Of a stretch of DNA of 63,429 bases, positions 27,819-37,497 are shown piece after piece. Source of the stretch: Euryarchaeota archaeon UBA88 (lineage in GTDB: Archaea; Thermoplasmatota; Poseidoniia; Poseidoniales; Poseidoniaceae). The number at the start of each line of letters is the position of its first letter. Position 1 is the first letter of the stretch. The notes beneath the pieces are model-generated. The model did not search any database. It was not told the origin of the DNA and saw only the letters and a program-made list of their open reading frames with translations. The position numbers were made by a program, and so were the translations under genes. The stretch spans positions 4 through 63,432 of the forward strand of contig DAME01000024.1 in assembly GCA_002499545.1 (NCBI GenBank), in the 5' to 3' direction.

Positions 27819-30092
27819 ATGGGTGCGTGGAGCGAGCAACGGAGAGACGACCCGCAACCGTGCCGCGACAGCGACAAAGGGCGGTTTGAAGTTATTTCAC
27901 GTGACGGTCGGGCTCGAATTGGACGGCTTCACACCACCCATGGAATTCTTGAAACACCCGCACTGCTCCCTGTCATCAATCCAAACATTCGAACGATTGA
28001 ACCACGGGTGCTTTGGGATCGATACGGTATCGGAGCCCTCATCACCAATTCATACATTATCTGGAAGCATGAGGAACTCAAAAATGCGGCCCTGAATGAT
28101 GGAGTTCACGCTCTCATTGATTACCCAGGCGTCATTATGACCGATTCGGGGACCTTTCAGTCGTATATTTACGGTGACGTAGAGGTTGGTGTTGAAGAAA
28201 TCGTCTCGTTCCAAACCAGTATTGGTGTGGATATTGCAACCATGCTGGACGTGTTCTCGCGCCCCGACATGACCGAAGAAGAGGTCGACCACTGCGTTGA
28301 AGAAACTGTTCGCAGAGCGCAAGCGAGTGTTGATGCATCGGGCGAAACAATGCTAAATGGGCCCATTCAAGGTGGCGTGTTCAAGTCCTTGAGAACCAAA
28401 TCCGCCCAGCAAATGGGAGCCTTTGACTTCTCAGTTCACCCAATAGGAGGTATTGTCCCGATCATGGAACGGCAACGGTACAAAGACTACGCAAAAGTCA
28501 TGATGGCAACTCTCCCTCACCTTCCCCCACATCGTCCAGTGCACATGTTTGGGTGTGGCCATCCGATGCTGTTTCCGATGTCTGTAGCCCTCGGCGCCGA
28601 CTTGTTTGATTCAGCAGCCTACGCTTTGTTTGCACGAGATGGACGACTGCTCACCCCATGGGGTACACAAAGGCTTGAGACGCTAACTGAATGGCCTGAA
28701 CGAATGCCGTGCGTGGCGTTCACTACGCCCGCAGAAGTTCGAAAACTCGATTCTGATGCTCGTTGTGAACTCTTAGCGCATTACAATCTTGAAGTGACCT
28801 TAGCCGAAATCGACCGATGCAAGCAAGCGGTGAGAGATGGGACAATATGGCGCCTTGCAGAGCGCAGAAGCCACCAACATCCTGCGCTTCGAGAAGCGTT
28901 CTTGTGGATTTCGACCAACCCACACTCCGCCACCTTTGATGCCCAATTTGTCAAGGACATGGTGTTCGATGACCGTGCTGCTGCTCGTGACCAAGCACCA
29001 AACGTTGGACAATGGGAAGATGCGTGGGATTGGTTGGTGGACGCTCAAGAATATCCGCGCAAAGGAGGAGAGCCTTGGGGGGGGGAAGATACGCTCATGC
29101 GACCGCATATACTGGCTGCCAAAGGAGCGTTACAGCGTCGCTGGATGCCTCGCCGAAGTCAGACTGTTGGAAGCGATTCACTGTTGTTGATGCACGGCAG
29201 CTCAGGGCCGTGGCGTGACAGGCTCAGCGACCTCATGCCCAGACTGGAACATCATTGTCCCGGCCTAGAAGTTATGATTCAGACGCCGGTTGGGCTGCTA
29301 CCGTACTCGCTAGAAGACCTCAGTCCATTCGCCCACATCGACGGTCCGGATTGGCTATGGAAACGAAGGCCGAATCTCGCAGAAATCCGTGAAGAATTGT
29401 CGTTGTATGGTATGGAACATCGCAACATTATCCCCGTAGATTTGGCAGGTGAGGGGATTCAGTCACGCGTGCTGGCAGCTCTTCAATCTGCAGGCGTTGT
29501 TGCAGGCGTTACCAATGAAGATGCGAGCGAAGTGCCGCTGACCAAAGAACGACGAGATGAGGCGAAAATGCGCATTTACAGACGCCATGTTCGTGACAAA
29601 ATGGTGGTGCTGTTCAACTGTTCTGTCCCCGATGCCGATGCATTGCTGGAAGGATGTAGTTTTGTTGTCAATCGGGTTGGACGGGTGAAGAATGCACTTT
29701 CCTCACAAGGCCATCACATTGCCAGTCCCCGATTGAAAGACGGGGGTCTATCACTCACTGACAACGGGGCCCTTGCCTTGCACCAACACCGTAAACAACA
29801 GTGCCCATCAGGATTTAACGACCAACAGCGACTCTTGGACGGAGAAGGTCTGGCGTGGGTCGTTGTTGATGAGGATGCTGAACCCTTTGTGCTTCAAGGC
29901 CGAAACGTGTTCCACGGATTTATCCTTGGATGCGATGCGGGCATATCACCAGGAGATACGTGTCTAATCGTTAACGCAAAGGGGGCGCTGCTCGGTCACG
30001 GAATTTCAACACGAACCTCAAACGAACTCCAATCCTTCCAAAAAGGGGTTGCAATCAAAACACGTGGCGGTATGAAATCTCCATCGCAGTGA
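27819..30092 (+). CDS. tgtA: Archaeosine tRNA-guanine(15) transglycosylase with C-terminal PUA domain
   Basis: ETPALLPVINP, ITNSYI, MTDSGTFQ, HPIGGIVP, HMFGCGHP, DLFDSAAY and a PUA domain. AATTGAAAGG about 25-30 nt upstream of ATG 27819. Confidence 0.93.
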   Translation: MGAWSEQRRDDPQPCRDSDKGRFEVISRDGRARIGRLHTTHGILETPALLPVINPNIRTIEPRVLWDRYGIGALITNSYIIWKHEELKNAALNDGVHALIDYPGVIMTDSGTFQSYIYGDVEVGVEEIVSFQTSIGVDIATMLDVFSRPDMTEEEVDHCVEETVRRAQASVDASGETMLNGPIQGGVFKSLRTKSAQQMGAFDFSVHPIGGIVPIMERQRYKDYAKVMMATLPHLPPHRPVHMFGCGHPMLFPMSVALGADLFDSAAYALFARDGRLLTPWGTQRLETLTEWPERMPCVAFTTPAEVRKLDSDARCELLAHYNLEVTLAEIDRCKQAVRDGTIWRLAERRSHQHPALREAFLWISTNPHSATFDAQFVKDMVFDDRAAARDQAPNVGQWEDAWDWLVDAQEYPRKGGEPWGGEDTLMRPHILAAKGALQRRWMPRRSQTVGSDSLLLMHGSSGPWRDRLSDLMPRLEHHCPGLEVMIQTPVGLLPYSLEDLSPFAHIDGPDWLWKRRPNLAEIREELSLYGMEHRNIIPVDLAGEGIQSRVLAALQSAGVVAGVTNEDASEVPLTKERRDEAKMRIYRRHVRDKMVVLFNCSVPDADALLEGCSFVVNRVGRVKNALSSQGHHIASPRLKDGGLSLTDNGALALHQHRKQQCPSGFNDQQRLLDGEGLAWVVVDEDAEPFVLQGRNVFHGFILGCDAGISPGDTCLIVNAKGALLGHGISTRTSNELQSFQKGVAIKTRGGMKSPSQ

Positions 30093-30152
30093 CTCCTGCC
30101 GTGGGATACTTCAAAGGGCGTCTCGTCTCTCGTTTTCATGAGGGAGCCTTAG

Positions 30153-31163
30153 TTGAACGACGACCTCATAATAAAAACCGTGGATTTGACCAAATCGTAC
30201 GGGCCGCATGTTGCCTTGAATAAACTCAATCTCTCCGTTCCAAAGGGTGCTACGGGACTGCTTGGACCGAACGGTGCGGGAAAATCGACGTTTTTGAAAA
30301 CAATTCTAGGGTTAATCCAGGCCACTGAAGGTGATGGAACCGTTTTAGGGTTGGACATCCGCACTCAAGGCGACCTCATTCGTTCACGCATCGGATACAT
30401 GCCAGAGTACGACTCGTTAAACCCTGATATGGAGGCGATCTATCAAGTCAAATATTCGGGAGAATTGCTTGGGATGAACCCCATCATTGCCCAAGCTAGA
30501 GCCCATGAAACTCTGCAGTATGTCGGTTTAGGAGAACAACGCTATCGTACGATTGGAAGTTATTCAACCGGTATGAAGCAAGCGACGAAGTTGGCATGTG
30601 CCCTCATTCACGACCCTGAATTAGTGATTGCTGACGAACCCTCAAACGGGCTTGATGCAAGTGCTCGTAAATACATGATTGAAACGCTCAACAACACGGT
30701 TGTAACGGGGAAGCGTTCAGTCTTGATGGCATCCCACCTGATGGATGATGTCGAACAGGTCTGTGACAACTTTATCCTACTTCACAAGGGGAAACTCGCT
30801 GCACAGGGTAGAATTGCCGACCTCAAAGCGTTCGATCGTGAAATCGAAATTCACGTCTGGGGTGGAGCATCACGGCTTGCCGAAGCAATGGAAAAAGCTG
30901 GACTTAGCGTCCGAAGGGAAGGCAGAGTGATGCGTATCCTTCACCAAGATGAAGACACGACGCACACGATTCTCAAGTGCGCTGCTGATGTTGGAGCACA
31001 AGTACGAAGGATGCACGAGTATGAAGCATCGCTGGAAGACCTGTTCTTGTCGATTATGGAAAATCTCGGTTACGATGTCAAGAGCAGTGATGACCTGCTG
31101 GCATCTCCCGCGCAAGCACGCAAGGTCGATGCACCAGAACACATGGGAGGTGGCGCAGCATGA
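30153..31163 (+). CDS. ABC exporter ATP-binding subunit 1
   Basis: GPNGAGKST, YSTGMKQ, IADEP, ASH. Confidence 0.92.
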   Translation: MNDDLIIKTVDLTKSYGPHVALNKLNLSVPKGATGLLGPNGAGKSTFLKTILGLIQATEGDGTVLGLDIRTQGDLIRSRIGYMPEYDSLNPDMEAIYQVKYSGELLGMNPIIAQARAHETLQYVGLGEQRYRTIGSYSTGMKQATKLACALIHDPELVIADEPSNGLDASARKYMIETLNNTVVTGKRSVLMASHLMDDVEQVCDNFILLHKGKLAAQGRIADLKAFDREIEIHVWGGASRLAEAMEKAGLSVRREGRVMRILHQDEDTTHTILKCAADVGAQVRRMHEYEASLEDLFLSIMENLGYDVKSSDDLLASPAQARKVDAPEHMGGGAA

Positions 31164-32212
31164 GTGAAAACCCCGCTGCAAATCATCGCCCACCACCCCC
31201 AAACAGTGAAGAATTCGCTGCTGAATCACCCGTGACTGGTAAAGGCAGGATGGAAGCGGCCTGGGGGTCAACGGAAGGTGATGAAGACATCACCGTTCAA
31301 GCCTCAGCACCCCAACGGGGTGACGGGCACATTTTCCAGCAAATCTACAAGCCATGGGACGGCCAACTCAATCCGCGTTGGATGAGGAATTGGTCGATTT
31401 TGCGTCACCATTTGCTGGGTATTTTCAAGAAGGGACATCGGCCTTGGGGGGTACCAATACGGCTGTTTTTGTTGATTGTGTTCATCGCCTCACTGTCCGA
31501 TGTTGGACTGACCATTATCTCCGGTCTCATCGGTGATTCAGGCTTGCACTCGATGTGGGGTATCAGCAGGGATAACCTGTACGCTCACGTCCTTGGATTC
31601 CTTCCACGAAACATGCTCTATTATCCGGTTGTAGCCGCTCTTTTGGTAGGTGGGGTGATTTCAGAAGACCGGCAACATGGTACTTCTGCGCTCTACTTTT
31701 CACGTCCGATTACGCGCTTCGATTACATTGCAATGAAGTTCATTTCAGTTGCCATGATACAAGCCCTGATTATTTTGGTCACATTGGCGCTCTACTATTT
31801 CGCAGAAATCGCTACAATGGGGCGTGGATGGGCGTGGATTATCGACACATTCCCCATGTTTTTGGCTGCAATGGGAAGCGGTATTTTACTCATATTCACT
31901 TACACGAGCATCGGATTGGCACTTTCAAGCGTATCGAGTGGGAAGTTTTTCCCCGGAATCGCCCTGTTATCAATCATCCTTGGAACCAAAACATTGGCCT
32001 TCATCGCGAGCAACCTGTTTGATCGTGAAATCCTCTACCTAATCTCTCCGTATGACTGCCTAGCACACGTTGGACAAGCCATTATCGGTGTCGAGCCGAC
32101 CTACGATCAGTACTCGTGGACATGGTCATTAGCCATGCTGGTTGCCATGAACGGGCTTGCACTCTATGTCTTGAGTTCGAGGGTTTCATCCATGGAGGTG
32201 ACTCGCGAATGA
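31160..32212 (+). CDS. ABC-2 type permease 1
   Basis: ISEDRQHGTSALYFSRPITRFDY; about 6 TMs; ATGA coupling. Confidence 0.85.
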   Translation: MSENPAANHRPPPPNSEEFAAESPVTGKGRMEAAWGSTEGDEDITVQASAPQRGDGHIFQQIYKPWDGQLNPRWMRNWSILRHHLLGIFKKGHRPWGVPIRLFLLIVFIASLSDVGLTIISGLIGDSGLHSMWGISRDNLYAHVLGFLPRNMLYYPVVAALLVGGVISEDRQHGTSALYFSRPITRFDYIAMKFISVAMIQALIILVTLALYYFAEIATMGRGWAWIIDTFPMFLAAMGSGILLIFTYTSIGLALSSVSSGKFFPGIALLSIILGTKTLAFIASNLFDREILYLISPYDCLAHVGQAIIGVEPTYDQYSWTWSLAMLVAMNGLALYVLSSRVSSMEVTRE

Positions 32213-33201
32213 TTCCAGATTTTGACCAGCAAGGTAAGGCGGAAACGACAGCGTGGCAACCTGAGGTGAACGTTCCAGCAATTTTGCTTGAGAATGTATC
32301 AAAGAGTTATGGCCGAATATTTGCGCTATCCAACATCACTCTTGCACTCAACGGTGGGGTGACGGGTATTTTGGGCATGAATGGGGCTGGAAAATCAACC
32401 TTGTTCAACATCTTGATGGGTAAACTCAAACCCAGCCAAGGCTCGGTGAAATTGTTTGGAACCGACCCGTGGAAAAATCCCGCACCCTATGTCAGAGTTG
32501 GGTATGTGCCAGAACATGAAAAAATGTACGATTGGATGACCAGTTATGAATTCGTTTCAACATTTGCGCGTCTCAACGGACTCACTCGTGCAGAGGCAGG
32601 TGTCGAAGCAGAACGCGTCTTAGAATTCGTCGGACTCAGCGATGTAGCGCACAAGAAAATTGGCCAATATTCGAAAGGAATGCGGCAGCGTGCGAAGATT
32701 GCTCATGCACTTGTCAACGACCCAGAACTAATCATTCTTGACGAACCGTTGCAGGGTTGCGACCCGTTAGCTCGAACGACAATCATGAACGTGATTCGTG
32801 AACTTGGTAGGCAGGGTAGAACCGTCTTAGTGAGCAGCCACATCCTGCAAGAAATCGAACGAATCACTGAACAAATCGTGATTCTTCACCACGGGAGGTT
32901 GTTGGCGCTGGGCAACCTTCACGCAATCCGAGAGCGACTGGACCAAATCCCACATCGCATTTCGATCCAAACACCAACACCAAAACAACTCGCTAAAGAC
33001 GTCATTGATATCGATGAAGTCTATGGAATCTCGTTTCCGGACGGTCAAAACATTTCAATCCAGACACACAACCTCGCAGCCATTCACTCACAACTCCCTC
33101 GAATCATTGTAGAGAACGGGCACACCGTCACGGCGATTGACAATCCCGACGACGACCTTGCGTCGATTCTGGGATACCTCACCGGCGGAGGTGGCAAGTG
33201 A
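32209..33201 (+). CDS. ABC exporter ATP-binding subunit 2
   Basis: GMNGAGKST, YSKGMRQR, ILDEP, SSH; ATG 32209 overlaps the previous stop. Confidence 0.92.
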   Translation: MIPDFDQQGKAETTAWQPEVNVPAILLENVSKSYGRIFALSNITLALNGGVTGILGMNGAGKSTLFNILMGKLKPSQGSVKLFGTDPWKNPAPYVRVGYVPEHEKMYDWMTSYEFVSTFARLNGLTRAEAGVEAERVLEFVGLSDVAHKKIGQYSKGMRQRAKIAHALVNDPELIILDEPLQGCDPLARTTIMNVIRELGRQGRTVLVSSHILQEIERITEQIVILHHGRLLALGNLHAIRERLDQIPHRISIQTPTPKQLAKDVIDIDEVYGISFPDGQNISIQTHNLAAIHSQLPRIIVENGHTVTAIDNPDDDLASILGYLTGGGGK

Positions 33202-34535
33202 TGGCAACCAAACCGGACTCCGTGTATCGCGGCATGGACCGAAAGGCTGCAGCAATCGTCGAATTCACACTTCGTCAATATCGAACGAAAAATTCCACTT
33301 GGGTCGTACTCGGGGTTGGTTTCACCGCTCTAGCTCTCATTTTCATGATTTACATCGCAGCGATGACCGATGTTGTTGAAGCGGTGGACAACGATGGAGA
33401 TTCGTATGATTACGATAACGATGGCTACCCGACAGGGCAAGAAGTACGGTTAGGGACAGACCCATTCGACGGTTCGTCGCATCCAGGATTGTTCGACCCA
33501 CCGGTTGTTCCTGACCCCGCTTCAATGTACGTGAATGAGGACGGTTTTGATTGGGATTTATCCGCAAGTGGACCGACGGCCACCATGGGATTCGATGATG
33601 ATGGCGACTGCCTTGATGAGAATCGGACCGCTTCGCAAAAAGACCAGAACGACAACGGCATTCCGTGTGATATCCTTCTTGTATACTACCAATCTGTGCT
33701 AACCAGCGGTGGTGATTGGGAGGTATTGGCGGATAATGGCGTCGATGAAGACCCAGACGAAAACGAGTACGCTCAGGAAGCCATCCACGTTGCGTTCGTA
33801 CTTTCAATTGGGAAACTTGGATTCGTACTCTTGCTTGGAATCTTCTTGCCGTTGTTCATGGCAACTGGATTAATTCGCGATGAAATGTCATCCGGCACGA
33901 TGCATTTCTTGATCGCAAAGCCAATTTCGAGAACTGAAATTTTCCTGTATAGGGTGTTGGGATACCTCGGAATCGTATGGCCATACATCATTGCACTTGG
34001 TCTGCTTGGCGCACTGATTACTGGATTCCTCGGCCCCAGTGACGGGTTCTTCAGATTCCAAGATTTAGGGGTTTGGCTTTCCATCATCTTTGCAACGATG
34101 TTGGCGACACTGGTCTACGGAATGTTGTTCAATGCACTTGGAGTTTTATGGAAGTACGGAATCATTCTGGCCATTCCGTTTGCAGCATGGGAACTCGGTA
34201 TGGCGCTGCTTTCGATGGGGGCACCTGAAACCACCCTACTTCGCTTCTCTGTAATTGGATGGGCGTTGATGATTATCGACTCAGCCGCAATGTTTGTTTG
34301 GCCGAACCTCGATTTGTTCATCGCCATGGGCAACTGGGGTGGAAATGGTGACGGAGGCTGGCTTGGAGATTCCTCGCTGGAAGGGTCAAACGCTCTCGCC
34401 TTTGCTGCATCCAAGCCCGGTCTTGGTCTCTCTGCATTTTGGTCACTGACCGTATCCAGCCTCGTATTGCTGTTCCAAGCCGTCATGCTCTGGTTTATCG
34501 GCGGGGCTTTGTTCAAAGGGAAGGAAATTCAATGA
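33198..34535 (+). CDS. ABC-2 type permease 2 with an Asp-rich (TSP3-like Ca2+-binding) extracellular insert
   Basis: IRDEMSSGTMHFLIAKPISR; insert contains DNDGD, DNDGYPTGQE..LGTDP, DDDGDC, DQNDNGIPCD and DNGVDED. Confidence 0.85.
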   Translation: MMATKPDSVYRGMDRKAAAIVEFTLRQYRTKNSTWVVLGVGFTALALIFMIYIAAMTDVVEAVDNDGDSYDYDNDGYPTGQEVRLGTDPFDGSSHPGLFDPPVVPDPASMYVNEDGFDWDLSASGPTATMGFDDDGDCLDENRTASQKDQNDNGIPCDILLVYYQSVLTSGGDWEVLADNGVDEDPDENEYAQEAIHVAFVLSIGKLGFVLLLGIFLPLFMATGLIRDEMSSGTMHFLIAKPISRTEIFLYRVLGYLGIVWPYIIALGLLGALITGFLGPSDGFFRFQDLGVWLSIIFATMLATLVYGMLFNALGVLWKYGIILAIPFAAWELGMALLSMGAPETTLLRFSVIGWALMIIDSAAMFVWPNLDLFIAMGNWGGNGDGGWLGDSSLEGSNALAFAASKPGLGLSAFWSLTVSSLVLLFQAVMLWFIGGALFKGKEIQ

Positions 34536-35731
34536 CGCGGGAGACCTTCACGGGAGATTTATCCCAAATGTGGTCGTTGCAAAATCGGCCGCCACTTCAC
34601 CACCTCACCTGGGATTGGTGGTGGTGGTTGGTAATGCTGGACGACCCCGAAGGCCGTCCAAGTGGTAGACAACTGATGGTATTGTGGTCGACTAAGGACA
34701 ACCCGCTGGTCAATGTCAACGGTATGCCTTGGACACCTGAAGGCCGTCCCGGTTTCGATGAAAACAGGGCAATGGCACTGGATGGGATGGTGTGTGCGTG
34801 GTGGTTTGATGGAAAGCGAATGCACGAACCGGTGATACAACGCATCTGCCGAATTCTCGCACTCCCCGATTCACACCCTCAATGGCCCGGTAAGGAAGCG
34901 AGCACAGGCAACGGAGGCGGAGCAGTGGTTCCGCTCACTGATGATGACTTGTCGATGGGATTGAAGAGCGATCTTTCCTCGTTCTGGATTAACCTGCACA
35001 CCGATGAATCCGCCGCCCATCCAGACGTTCCCAAGAAATTTCAATTGGAACTCACCCCGTGGACTGAAGCGACTTCCACTGCACAGCACGCAACGGCAAC
35101 TTATGCGGCTAATATGGGCTATGACATCCTTCGTTTGCACGGTACCAAGGTCAAAGGAATGCTTGACAATGAACATGTCAACGGTACTGCTTACTTCCAA
35201 AAGGTATGCGTTCAAGCACCGTCAGTACCGTGGTATTGGGGTATGCTTCACCTCGATGATGGATCGTATATCGACTGGTTTTTGCCACATGTATCGTTTA
35301 CTGTGAGTGCTCATGATAATCGTCCGTGGAAGCGGCGTGATTTTGGTCATCTCGGTCTTTCTCAAGGTGGTTTATTCCACGACCCTGTACATGGTCGAAG
35401 TGTACGATTCAATCGTGTCAAGATCAAGAAAACAGCATCCGAGCTTGTTGAAGGTGATCACGCACATTTTCCTGGTGCACCTCTACCGGTGTTTGAAATC
35501 CATATGTTGAGCGACACGACATCGATAGAATTGACCGTCAAAGCCATCGAACGAGCACACTGGGCCTTTGACCAGCCTACCCGTGGCGGGCTCTCTTCAC
35601 ACCTAACATACAATGAATATCCTTTGAAACTTGAGCGCCTCCGGATTCGCGATGAATTTGGAACACGAAAGGAAACTGATTATCAGTGGGCCCGTGGAAA
35701 TGCAGAACATTCATGGGGATTATTGCATTGA
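34532..35731 (+). CDS. AttH/tocopherol-cyclase/CrtC-like beta-barrel protein
   Basis: WDWWWW, GTAYFQKV, PWYWG and terminal GNAEHSWG resemble the AttH-like fold. ATGA-coupled to the ABC operon. Confidence 0.6.
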   Translation: MTRETFTGDLSQMWSLQNRPPLHHLTWDWWWWLVMLDDPEGRPSGRQLMVLWSTKDNPLVNVNGMPWTPEGRPGFDENRAMALDGMVCAWWFDGKRMHEPVIQRICRILALPDSHPQWPGKEASTGNGGGAVVPLTDDDLSMGLKSDLSSFWINLHTDESAAHPDVPKKFQLELTPWTEATSTAQHATATYAANMGYDILRLHGTKVKGMLDNEHVNGTAYFQKVCVQAPSVPWYWGMLHLDDGSYIDWFLPHVSFTVSAHDNRPWKRRDFGHLGLSQGGLFHDPVHGRSVRFNRVKIKKTASELVEGDHAHFPGAPLPVFEIHMLSDTTSIELTVKAIERAHWAFDQPTRGGLSSHLTYNEYPLKLERLRIRDEFGTRKETDYQWARGNAEHSWGLLH

Positions 35732-35797
35732 ATCACTCATTTCTATCTAAACTACCGCTTGTGTGAAGGTTTATGTGCGTGAAGTGACAGACACGCC

Positions 35798-36889
35798 ATG
35801 GGAGAGGTTGCTGTGAGCGAAGAATCCGAGTCCGTAGAAGAACAACCCGAGGCAGAAGCAGCCGGTGAAACATCCGAAACAAGTGCTCCTGAAACACCAA
35901 CAACTTCCGATACACAAACCACCAGTGAATCGAAGAAAGAGGCAGAACAGGCCCGCCTTTCCAAGACCTTCCGCCTCATTCCTGGCGAAGATGTGCTGCT
36001 CACAAAGCGACCGAGCGTGTTTGCATTCATTCCAATGTACATTGTCGGAATTCTTTCTCTCGGCATTCACTTCTTGTTCAACCGGGCTGGAAGCATGGCA
36101 AGTGATAACTTCGCACTCGACCTCCTGTACGCAGCGATGGATCTCGATTTTAACGAAACCCTCCCTATAGGGTTCGTGTTCACAATGATACTGCTCGCAT
36201 GGTTAAACCGATTGCTGAACGTGTCAACTTCTGGCCGGTGGGTCACGGTCTACCTCCTCATTGTCGCAATCACGCCAATCATCATCCAAATTGATTATGT
36301 TGTGAGTCTAATTGCAGGCGACAGTTATGATGAACTCATTCCTATTGACTACAGTTACACTCTGTTTGGAATGCTCTACTTTGCCATTTTCATGGGACTA
36401 ACCTATTACTATCAGCGAAGTTTCCATTACGCCATCACCTCGGATGCAGTCATTTTCGAACACAGTTTCCTGCTCTCTCGTTCACACCGACGCATTTTGT
36501 TCGATCGCATTTCGGAAGTCTTGGTTGAACGAACTCCAATCGGCACTTTGGTTGGATTCGCCACGGTTACGATTCTCACAGATTCAGGCGTAGGAATTGT
36601 TGAGGAAAACACTGGCTCGAGTATCCCAAATTCGATCCCTGGCACCCAAGAGAACGCCAACGACTCGAACGTCGAAAAGGCTGGAAAAGGCATCATTCGG
36701 TCAGTACTTGGGCTTCTCACCTACCAGCGAACCATTCGCACTGTTCGCCCTGACCCAAAACACTGCATGTACAACATCCAGAACTGGGAAAAAGCAAAGC
36801 TACTGCTCAATGAAATGCACAAGAAAAACAGCCAATCTCATCTTCTAAGCGATTTGAAGAAGACAATGGAAGCATCGACCAAAGACTAA
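35798..36889 (+). CDS. Membrane protein with a bacterial PH (bPH_2) domain
   Basis: LIPGEDVLLTKRPS, 4 TMs, then YAITSDAV...RISEV..ERTPIGTLVGFATVTI. Confidence 0.8.
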   Translation: MGEVAVSEESESVEEQPEAEAAGETSETSAPETPTTSDTQTTSESKKEAEQARLSKTFRLIPGEDVLLTKRPSVFAFIPMYIVGILSLGIHFLFNRAGSMASDNFALDLLYAAMDLDFNETLPIGFVFTMILLAWLNRLLNVSTSGRWVTVYLLIVAITPIIIQIDYVVSLIAGDSYDELIPIDYSYTLFGMLYFAIFMGLTYYYQRSFHYAITSDAVIFEHSFLLSRSHRRILFDRISEVLVERTPIGTLVGFATVTILTDSGVGIVEENTGSSIPNSIPGTQENANDSNVEKAGKGIIRSVLGLLTYQRTIRTVRPDPKHCMYNIQNWEKAKLLLNEMHKKNSQSHLLSDLKKTMEASTKD

Positions 36890-36966
36890 TCCACCAACTG
36901 AATGAGAGACTGATACAGCGAGTGTTTCAAAAAGCGCAATGATGCGCAAACTAACGAGGCGATGAT

Positions 36967-37488
36967 ATGAGCGATGACAAAGTACTGCAAGGACCCATTG
37001 AGAAACTACGTAGCGGTGACCTCGACGGTGCCCTAACCGAACTTGACGAATTGATGGGCTCGCACAAGAAAAACGCCCAAGTTCATCACATGTACGCTGA
37101 ATTTGCGAACATGAAAAACACGGAAGCTCAGGAAGACGTCATCCCCGGCGGTAAAATCATGATGGCTTACAAGAAAGCCATGCAACTGGATGAGGAAAAC
37201 GTCGAATACATCGGAGATTTCGCCACCTTTGCACTCGAGTGCCGTCGAATACCCGTTGCAGTGAAAGAATTCCAGCGCTATGCCCGCCGCCTCGAAATCG
37301 AGGATATTCCAGTCGACGAAGTCTTGTTCAATGCAAGTCGTAACATCGTTGATGCTATTGAAGTCATGGACCCAACAAAGCAAAACCCAATGGTCCAGCC
37401 TTGGTTGAAGCAAGCGCTCATCTGGTCAGTTGGTGGCTTAGGTTACAACGCTGAAGAAGCCATTGAAATGCTCTCTCGTGAAGATTGA
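36967..37488 (+). CDS. TPR-like helical protein
   Basis: 'AYKKAMQLDEEN' and 'AVKEFQRY' TPR-like helices. Confidence 0.6.
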   Translation: MSDDKVLQGPIEKLRSGDLDGALTELDELMGSHKKNAQVHHMYAEFANMKNTEAQEDVIPGGKIMMAYKKAMQLDEENVEYIGDFATFALECRRIPVAVKEFQRYARRLEIEDIPVDEVLFNASRNIVDAIEVMDPTKQNPMVQPWLKQALIWSVGGLGYNAEEAIEMLSRED

Positions 37489-37497
37489 GGTGAGCCG

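Noticed and set aside
33380-33770. GAY-rich repeats as a CRISPR or tandem DNA repeat
   Set aside because: The repetition is at protein level (DxDxDG); there are no constant repeat-spacer units.
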